Shown here in pieces: positions 54,424 to 64,000 of a DNA stretch of 64,000 nt. The stretch is taken from NCBI GenBank assembly GCA_000165425.1, contig CT868659.1, positions 62,001 through 126,000 on the forward strand. The letters run 5' to 3'. The translations under genes and the position numbers were made by a program. Numbering within the stretch: position 1 is the first letter of the stretch; each line of letters opens with the position of its first letter. This stretch comes from Paramecium tetraurelia. Lineage: Eukaryota. The notes below the pieces were generated by a model. It ran no database searches. It worked only from the letters and a program-made list of their open reading frames with translations, and was not told the DNA's origin.

Positions 54424-56532
54424 ATGTTTAAATTCGAAGAGCCATTAACTTATTTAATAGAAAAGATGCTTTCATCACTAAATTGAAAAACAGAATTCTT
54501 AAGGAAGATGAAGAAGAAAAATAGATAATTCCTCATTAAACAATGAAACAACTATTTAATGTGAAATAAAAAATCGAGCAGTTCATTTCAAAGTAAACAG
54601 AAATAAGTGATTTGGAAAGAATCAGAATGAAGAATTTAGATAATAAGCTTGGCACTAATACACATTTTCATGAAATTCAATCATAAGAAGAAAGATTAGA
54701 TTCGGATAATGTGATGAGAAGATAAGTTTTAGCAAGAAGGGAACTACAAAAAGAGAAAGATTTGGCAGTTGCCCATTTGTTTGATCCAGAATAATTGTAC
54801 ACTTAATTAGTCTAAATTTAATCATTGAAAAGGGAAGAAACTATGAAGCATAGATACTTTAAATTATTAGATTGCTATCAAAATATTCCTAATTACACAT
54901 ACTTCAGTAAAGATTCTAAAGAAGGTCATCCAGTTTATAATTTATACAAGGGAAAAAATGAAAGAAAGAGTTTATAATCTATTTAATGAGAGCAGCAATT
55001 TAGATAAAGAACTTATTAAAGATGATGATGAACTGGTTTTTAGTGGTAAAATAATAGCTGATTTGATTCCTAAACATTTCGAAGATATAATACTAGATAT
55101 TGAAGTATTAGTCATATTTAAATTTAAAATGAAGAGAAGTTTCAATCCTTATATAAGGAGTTCTTGCCTAATTCAACACATGATATATATGGATGTATAA
55201 TTGAACAATTAAGTTTAAGGTTCTTAATTATACGTTCTGATAAGATTCATTTGGTTCTAGAAAATGTCTACAATACCTTTACTTTTATTGATAATTTTCT
55301 TTATTATAATCAAAAATCAGATCTTGATCTCTAAAAATATGTGCTAAAATTAAACTTGTAGAAAGAACCATTGTCTATTAAATTTCACCTGGAGAAAATG
55401 TGAAAATTAAGAATTTTGGAGTTGGAGGAGCTTCAATCGAAATTTAGATGGCTAATGAAAATAAATTTATAGATCTAAGTGGATATGATGTCGTTTCTTA
55501 TAAAGAGGGATATAAATTCAGCATAGATTTAAATACAGTTAATACATTTATAACTTAAGCCCCATTAGAGGAATAATCAAAGGAAATTCGAACACAAGAG
55601 GTTCAACTTATCTATTAATGCAAACAAGGTGGTATTCAATAAATTGGGCAAATAATCATTTTTTGGCCATTCATGAAAGAAATTCATAAAGTTTTATACC
55701 AGATAGACTAATAATTCTCAAAGAAAAGAAGGATCATGAATACTGATACAAGAATCCAAATTTTAAATAAATTTGGAATCAAATTAGATTAAAGAGTCAA
55801 ATATATTATATTTTCATTTGATTGATTTGCCTTATAAGCCATTCTAGATATTGAAATATAATATTGATATCAAAGCAATATCTTTACATTTCTCAGAAAA
55901 ATTACCAGGATTTGATCATACTAGACTTTAAGTGGATTTGTTAAAGATAGAGTTCATAAGATATTATTATTATTTTCCAATATTTATTAGAAGAAGAAAT
56001 TATTTTACTATTTTTTAATTTACAATTTTTTTGTTGCCCAACTACCTTATATCTTAGTTTAATCAAAATTTGACTATAATGTATCAGATGAATTTAATGT
56101 GTTTGTATCATTCTTACAGGACCACCTGTGTAATTTGTTTTAATACAATTAATTGATCAAACATAATATGTATCTTTAAATTAAAAAGATGTAATACTCT
56201 ATGAGAATGGATTTGCAATTTGCTAAATTATAGTTAATCCGAGTTGTTAATAATAGGTTTTAGACAATCTTCAAAAGGTGTTTTAAGAAGTTTCTGTGCT
56301 TTCTAATAAAATAATGTTGAAAACTAAGGGAGCATTGTCTGGTTTGATTAGCAGTTATACGCACTTCTTTATTCAATATTTTTTATGCATTTTTATGCCA
56401 TGTTATAGATATAAACAGTTTAGAATGGATTATTTGATAATTCACAAAAAATGATTGATTTTCCAATAAGTTCATACGATATTACTAAGTTCCTGGTTTG
56501 AGAAACACCTTTATAAGTTATACTTTGAATGA
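54424..56532 (+). pseudogene. Large gene with several frame disruptions (pseudogene or badly sequenced gene)
   Basis: Long protein-like runs (FITKLKNRILKEDEEE..., MKERVYNLF..., SPGENVKIKNFGVGG...) that need frame changes near 54450, 54955 and 55380 not explained by GT..AG introns. Confidence 0.5.
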
Positions 56533-56791
56533 CGAATTGACTTATCAATCTTAGAAAATGGTTGCATTGTTGAGAGAGAACAAAGACAACGAAGTAGATT
56601 TGAAGTATTGAATGTAGAAAGGAGTTTGGAGTCGTATTGCAATAATGTGAGTAGACTAACATTTATAATGTCAATTTTATGATTATTAATAGTATATTAT
56701 CAATATTATAAAGAACAAGTTTGAAATAGCAAATAATAGGAATAGTAGCCTAAAATAATAATTATGAATTTGTATTTTGTGTAATAATAAC

Positions 56792-57200
56792 TCATTCTTC
56801 AGCAGCAGCTTATTTTGCTTTGAATTCTTTCTCTTATTGTAGAGCATAATCAATAGTTCGCTGAATGTTAGATAAGGAATTCTTACTTTCTTGTTGTTGA
56901 ATTGATAAACCCAGAGCCAAGGATAATAGCACAATGCAAAAATGACAAAGGAATTAGCGAAAATGTAGACTTACCAAGCCCAAGGATTATCAGCAACATT
57001 TCTTCCTAAGAATCTCCAGAGGGCCTTCACTTTTGGATCAGCATTCAATCTAGATACTACTTATGGTTTTCTGACTTGAGATTGATATTTTATTAAATCA
57101 TACCAAAACTTGGTTTGACTGTTTATTAATAAGGAATAGTCTTAAACCATTAAGGAGTGTAATCCTTTACATTGTTGTAAATCAATCTGCCGTAAACCAT
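56792..57200 (-). CDS. Small single-TM mitochondrial inner-membrane protein, probable complex III small subunit (QCR9-like)
   Basis: MVYGRLIYNNVKDYTPQWFKTIPY...NADPKVKALWRFL...CYYPWLWVYQFNNKK/RTIDYALQQEKEFK; two short introns; similarity to a Tetrahymena respiratory subunit recalled, not searched. Confidence 0.6.
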
Positions 57201-57998
57201 TAATAAATATATTTATCAAAAATTATATATATTGGAGGATAGATGGTAATTCAAACTAATCAAAAGGTTTGCCAATTAAATAACTGATACAAGAATTAAG
57301 TAATTTAATTGAAGGGTTTTCATATCTCAGCACATAATGGAAAAGATGATGAATAAGCACATTATTTAAGGAGAGCAATAAATATAGATGAAAGTATATT
57401 AAGTACAAAATCTTATAGTCTAAGTGTGGAAATCAAAGGAGTTTAAAAGAAATTAATGGGTTAGCCTAAAATATTAATGATTTTTGAAAATATTTGGTTG
57501 AGAATTAATACTTGAACCTAAAAATTTTACTTTATATATCTCTTTATTTCTCGAAATCTATAGAAGCAACTAACTTGAAGCTGAGAAACAAACAGCAATC
57601 AGGTTGATTATAATGAAATTTTAGTTTTTATTTATGAAAAATTATGTTATTTTACATCGTTTGATTTCCTGATCGACCTATAGTGCTCTTAAACTATTAA
57701 TATTAATGGTCATTCTATGATTGATTCAAATTTAGCTCTCAAATCTGTAATATAAGTTAATGTTTTTTGATGATACTCTATTATACGTTATAAGTTATTT
57801 TTATAATTCGTTTTTGAATTATAACCTGAAACCGGATTTCAAATTACATGATTTATTTAAGCATTCTAAATAAATTCCTGTCTGTTCCCAATCCTCCTTC
57901 ATATACAATTACAAATTATATTGTTTATTGATTATATAGTGTATTTTGACCTGCAATAAACTAAAAATATATTAGAATTTTTGATTTTTAATTTATAC

Positions 57999-58784
57999 AT
58001 GAGTCCTTTTGTTCTATTTTGTATTTTTATTTTAGGGCACTCGTTGAAAGTCTCTTACAACACTTAGTGTTCCTGCTCTAAATTTGGTTCAGACACAAGT
58101 TGTTTAGAGCAAACTAACTGCATCTGGAGAACTGAAGGTTGCTAATCAAGGGAATGCACTGAATACTATGATAAAGAAAAGTGTAATAGAGTTGCATCCT
58201 GCTCATGGAATGTATCAAAATGCGAGAAGTTCACTAAATGTGCTAATTACTACATGAACGATTCTTATGATTGCTACAAAATAGGTGATCAAAATTTAAA
58301 TCTTTTTTGTGAGCCTTCGGATGAACCGAACATGTGTTAAGACTACGAAGTGCAACTTTGTGGAGATGTTGAAGAAGATTGCACAGGATTTTAGAGTCAA
58401 TGGAGTTTATGTTACTGGAATAATAACAGTTGTAATGTCGTGGATATAAGGTATTGCGACAAATTGTTCGATGAAGATTTGTGTATAATATTTGGAGAGG
58501 GACTTGGATGTCAATGGAAGGACAACAAATGTACCGTCATATCATGTTCGGATTACACTTCTGAGAGTACTTGTGTATTACAAAGATAAAATTTCATTGA
58601 GGATGATCCTCTGCTCTGTAAATGGAGCGAAATCAAGTGTGAAGAAGCCCCTGATATCTCTCACCTTGATTTTTCCAATTGTCTAGTCAACTCCTTCTAT
58701 AATTACATTTGGGATTCAATCAATAAACAATGTGTCTCTTGTTTAATCTATGTTCCTCCAAGTACCGACCCAGTGTAGCCATGA
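57999..58784 (+). CDS. Cysteine-rich secreted/surface protein (Paramecium surface-antigen-like C-x-W-x4-C repeats)
   Basis: Signal peptide MSPFVLFCIFYLGHS; periodic CIWRTEGC, CSWNVSKC, CYWNNNSC, CQWKDNKC, CKWSEIKC; TGA 58782-58784. Confidence 0.85.
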
Positions 58785-59337
58785 TGTGAAGCAGAATATA
58801 ATTCTATTTTTAGATATATAACATAATTTTTGTTTTGCATTAATTTTATTTATCTCCTATTACCCTTTCATATAAAATTAAAAAATTTCATTAATTAATA
58901 CAAAATTAATAATATTGGATAAAATGCACTCACACTATTTTATTAATTAAATTTATTCTGATAATTTATAATTAACTTAATTTATCTATAAACATACATA
59001 AGTTCAATCAGAATAAGTAAATTTAAAAATGGATAATAAAATTTTATATAGTAATTTTCCAAACTAAGATTGAAGTAAGAAAGTAGTCAAATGAAGGTAA
59101 AATGATCCAATTGTCTATTGTCTTTCAAAGAAAATCCAATTATTTGTGGTCGTCCCATATAGATGAATTTGCAGTTAGACTAACCTTATATTTTAAAAGA
59201 GATATTTTGAATCAAGAATATAAGATTTTTATATTATACAAGATATCTAAATTAGGAAACTGTAATTGGTTAATTATAGTTATAAATTTGACTATACTAT
59301 ACTAACATACAATATATATTTAATTTATTTCAAAATA

Positions 59338-61975
59338 ATGGGTAATGCCTGCCGTTGTTAATAATTTACAAATGATAATTTAGAACTGAATTCAGGAAAA
59401 GTGGAAGGTACAAACAAGAAAGGAGACTCAATCACCATTCCTCAATAGAATGGTACAACCATTTCAAAAAAGACAACTCAAAAATAGAATGAAGATGAAG
59501 GTGAGGAAGATGATTAACCATAAAATCTATAATAAATAGAAGTAACTATGTATAATAGCATTTTAGCTGAAAAGAGGAGACAGAAAGAAGCAAGCCAAGA
59601 TCAATGCGGTGTCAGATACTGTAGAAATATTTGAAAACATTCTTAAAGTTGAGAAACGAAAATCCCCTTTCGACTATCAATTAATGCTAAATGCCTTTAA
59701 TGATCATTTCATATTTAAGTCAGTGCCTCAAAGTGACATAGAATATGTAGTGGAATAGATGTTCTATTGTACTGTTCCAGATGGTTAATTTGTTTTCAAG
59801 TAAGGAGATAAAGCTACTTCCTACTTCCTTATTGAAAGGGGCCAGTGTTAAATTATCATCAATGGAGAATTGAAGAAAACTTTAAAGGGCGGAGAAGCCT
59901 TCGGTGAGTTAGCCATGCTATATAATGCACCTCGAAGTGCAAGTGTTAAGGCAGTTGGAGGTATGGCATTTAGGTTAATTATGGTTAGACTGTGCTTTTT
60001 GGGCAATAGATAGAAACACCTTCAGAAAGGTAGTAGAGCAGTAAAATCAGAGGAATTATGATGAAAATCGTGAATTCATGAAAAAAGTGGAGTTTTTTTG
60101 TATTTCTATAATTAGATTTAATAGCCTTTTTAACCGAAGAACAAAGAGATGCTATATGCAATGTTCTTATTACCTTGTTATTCAAAAAGGGAGAAATAAT
60201 AGTATCAGAGGGGGATGTGGCCAATTCATTTTATATCATAAAAAAAGGGAAGGTGTCAATTATAAAAGGAGACAAGGAAGTGACTTAGATGAATGCAGGA
60301 GAATCATTTGGAGAAGCTGCATTATACTAAAGTTGTTAGCGAGCTGCAACTGTCAAGGCAGTTGATGAAGAAGTTAGATGTCTGTCATTATCTAAAGATG
60401 ATATCTAAAAGATATTAGGGTAAAAGATCTAAACAGTTAAATATATAAACACTTAGAAGTGGGCATTGTAATAGAATCCAATTTTAGGGAAATTAACATC
60501 AATTCAAATCGAGAAGATCATCTAGACTGTCAGATAAGTGCATTATGAGAAGAATGAAATAATTGTAAAGGTTGGACAACCATGTCTAAAGGTTTATATA
60601 GTTTTAGAGGGTGAAATAGCGACAGTAACAAATTATTTCGTAACTATAAGATATTTAGATTCCATCAAACAAATATGTATTCGATAAAGGCAAAGTTTTT
60701 GGTGATCAATACTTGAAGTCGTCTACTCTAGATAATAAAATGGCAGAGTGTTTACAAGTCATAACAGAGGAAGCCATCATTGCAGAGTTTGAAATCAAGA
60801 CCTTTATGCAAATTATAGGAGGGAGTGTTGAACAAATGATTCAAAAAAATGAGAATTCTCATGAACAAAAATATCTCAACCATCCTAGTGCTCTATAAAA
60901 AAAGGATTATTCCAACCTCACATTGGATAAGCTTATTTGTATCAAGAAGTTGGGACAAGGTTAATTTGGTAATGTATATTTGGTAAGGACCTCTTAAGAG
61001 GACAAAATGTACGCATTAAAGTGCATAAGTAAAGCCCAAATTGTGGAATAACATTTAGAGAGACATCTAGCAGTATTCCTCTATATTTTTATTTTAGTAA
61101 GAGAAATAAGTGCTTCAGACAATTAATTTTCCCTTTTTAATGCAATTCTACAAAAGCATGAAGGATTAAAATTACATCTACTTTCTGATTGAATTCATAA
61201 AGGGCATGGAATTATTCGATGTGATTAGGGAGATTGGACTATTGACTGTGACGGACTCTTAATTTTATATAGGATCCTTATTGATTTGTGTAGAATATTT
61301 ACATAAATTACAAATCATTTATAGAGATATCAAACCTGAAAACATTATGGTCGATGAGAAAGTATAATATTACTTGATCTAGGGTTACTTGAGGATGATT
61401 GATATGGGTACTGCCAAATTCTTGAATCAAAAGTCTATCAGAACATACACAATTATAGGAACTCCTCATTATATGGCACCTGAAATCATTACAGGCAAAG
61501 GATACACTTTTACTGTTGATTTATGGTCAATCGGTGTTTGTTTATACGAGTTTATGTGTGGAGGTGTCCCCTATGCTGAAGATGCAGATGATCCATATGA
61601 AATTTATGAAGAAATTTAAAAGAAAACTTTAAATTTTCCACTTTTCATGAAAGATAAGAAAGCCAAAAAATTAATAGAATAATTATTGTCTAAAACCCCA
61701 GAAGTTCGATTAGGGGGAAGCTATGCTGCATTAAAGGCAAATAATTGGTTCGACAAATTCGATTGGGTAAAATCAAAATATGAATTTTTTAGGATAAACT
61801 AATGGACAAAGAGCTTAAACCGCCTTTCATTCCAAAGAAAACTAGAATGGTTTAAGATAAGGAAATTCAGAGTGCTCTTGCTACTGGAAAATTAGCATCC
61901 AAAGAAATAAATACAGTTGGGGTTGTCTACAAGAAGGAGAAAGCTAGAGATTCTAATTGGGACTCAAATTATTGA
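59338..61975 (+). CDS. PKG: cGMP-dependent protein kinase
   Basis: MGNACRC N-terminus; cNMP sites [16 protein letters not shown] and FGEAALYQSCQRAATV plus a degenerate third; kinase [33 protein letters not shown]; multiple short introns. Confidence 0.93.
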
Positions 61976-62149
61976 GATATTAAATAATATACTTAAAAAA
62001 TTATTATATTATTAATTTATTAATGCTTCTTCCTTTATTAATTTAAAGATGAAGAAATATTATCATTTCTTACCTAATTTTAGGATGATACTTATGAAGA
62101 ATAGATTGCTTATTCATTTAATTAATAATTTATATATATATTTTAATTT

Positions 62150-62858
62150 ATGAATTAACCTTATCTTCATCCAGCGAATCAAATTATTCAGGATTCAGCA
62201 CCCAAAGAAACTCTTTATGTAACTGGATTGAATGATAAAATAAAACTAGAGGACTTGAAATTTGTGTTGTACATACTCTTTTCATAATTCGGAGAAGTCC
62301 TTTAAATGGTCATGAAGAAAACACAGAAATTAAGAGGATAAGCCTTTATAGTATTTTAAAACATTACTTATGCTACCAATGCTAAATCAGCTTTATCAGG
62401 TATGATTGTTTACGATAAACCATTGGTATCTAATCCTGATATTTTAGATTATTGAATTTGCATACAAGAAGAGTGTTATTTTCGATAGGATCGAGGGCAA
62501 ATTTTATTATAAGCAAAAGCAACACAAGGAATTGTAACCCACTTTGCCAAATGAATTGATGAAAGAAAAGAAATAGAAAAAGTTTGAAGAGAAAATACAA
62601 AATAGTAGCAATTTAAATTAGGGAGAAATCAATAATGTCTTGTTGATAGAATCATTGCCTCCCTTTGTTACCGAGATCATGTTATCCGAGTTATTTAGGT
62701 AATACCCTGGTTATTCACTCATTAAGTTGATACCTGCTAGAGGCTTGGCATTTGTTGAATATTAGAATGATGATCAAGCTACAGTTGCATTGAAGGGTTT
62801 GAGTAACTTCAAAATCACTCCAGAGTGTCAATTAAAAGTAAAATATGCCAAAAAGTGA
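62150..62858 (+). CDS. U1A/U2B'' (SNF-family) two-RRM snRNP protein
   Basis: ETLYVTGLNDKIKLEDLK...LFSQFG...KLRGQAFIVF; second RRM LFRQYPGYS...GLAFVEY; 22-nt intron 62426-62447. Confidence 0.92.
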
Positions 62859-62943
62859 AGAGTATACAAATAAGATTATTTTTAATAACTTTTATTCATT
62901 TCTGCTTATACTAATTAAATTTAATTAATCTTATTTATATCAA

Positions 62944-64000
62944 TCAGTACTCAATCTTTTTATCATAATTAGCTAATGCCACCATAAATGCTTATAAAGG
63001 CGAGAAAGGACTTTAAAAATCTAAATTGAATTTCCCATCATTTTCTTTTCCCAATTAGACATAGATCTATTCAGGTTATTCATTGATTTAAATTAATTAA
63101 AAGTTTTTTATTGATGAAACTTTGACTCTATCATAGAAATTCAAAGTGAAGCTCTTTGTTTTTTCATTCCACTTTGGTTTTCTGTTCATAAAAATATGAG
63201 AATCATCTTAAGGGAGTCTAAACTTAAATATTATTAATGTAAATATACTTCCTATTGTCTAGGTTCTGTGGGTTTTGAGGAAGTGATGAATTTCAGTTAA
63301 CCTATGGAATTTCGTACAGGTAATTTGTTTCTTTTTGGATTATTGCCATTATCATAAAAGAAATAATCATACTTCTTCTTACAACTAATTTGTCCAATAA
63401 AATTGGATGATTTTCTCTAAATTTTATCCTTGTTCATGCTAATAATAAATTTATGAGATGATTTCTTTGCTGCCAAAAAGATTTTGCCATTTTTCTCCAA
63501 ATAAAATTTAGGTTTCAATTTGTTTAAACCGGATGTATTAATTATCAGAGTACACTAAACTATTCCCTTTTCATTTAAAGGGGAAGCTAGAAATTCCTTA
63601 GTGCAATAGAATTCTAAAGTTTTATTGACCAATGGATAAGCTGAAACTACTGAGGCATTTGAGATTACTGAATTTTGAAGAGAAGGTCCTACTTAATCAA
63701 TTTTCTTTGGGCTCTCTTCAGCATGTATTTATTATTGATCCTCTTATGGAGATTATCGATTTTATTGGTTTAAATCATTATTTTCTTAATAATGAATATT
63801 TTCTTCATCTTCCTTTTCTGCTATTTCTTGGAACTAAATGACTGAACCATAGTCATCATCTTCACTTTCTTCTTATTTGGGCTAAATCTGATTTTCCTAA
63901 TTGAAGCGAATAGTATTTTCAACTTTAATCTAAAATTGTTAGTCACAACTTAATTACCTAATTGATGTCAAATTTTTTATCCTCTTGATAGAATGCTTGA
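62944..64000 (-). CDS. Tubby-domain protein (C-terminal part; 5' end beyond the window)
   Basis: NRKPKWNEKTKSFTLNFYDRVKVSSIKNFQL...QLGKENDGKFNLDFQSPFSPLQAFMVALANYD. Confidence 0.92.

Overview
Gene-dense, very AT-rich ciliate nuclear DNA, almost certainly Paramecium (aurelia-type, macronuclear organisation). TAA/TAG read as Gln, TGA is the only stop, introns are 20-30 nt GT..AG, and intergenic gaps are often under 50 nt. The supplied standard-code ORF track therefore only shows fragments. Re-read by hand with genetic code 6, the window has about 36 protein genes. Recognisable ones are myosin (partial), MPDU1, an FCP1 phosphatase, a CFAP20-domain protein, KAE1/OSGEP, a PMCA-type Ca2+-ATPase, an RCC1-repeat protein, SmD1, a second strongly degenerate PMCA-like P-type ATPase, kinases (CAMK-like, ERK7-like MAPK, PKG), an NmrA-fold mitochondrial protein, a pentapeptide/WD40 protein with 14 near-identical 126-nt repeats, DCP1, E2F, ATP synthase subunit d, NAPRT, an importin-alpha-like protein, REEP/Yop1, an RRM+SPOC (Spen/FPA/RBM15-like) protein, UFL1, U1A/U2B'' and Tubby (partial). 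Several decayed pseudogene-like tracts lie between them. The best leads are the intact but motif-dead 'pseudo-pump' P-type ATPase, the homogenised WD40 array with hypervariable surface positions and a CaaX-like end, the Spen-family RRM-SPOC gene, and a pair of convergent genes whose coding sequences overlap. Coordinates were derived by eye and may be off by a few nt. Family calls are from motif recognition, not database searches.
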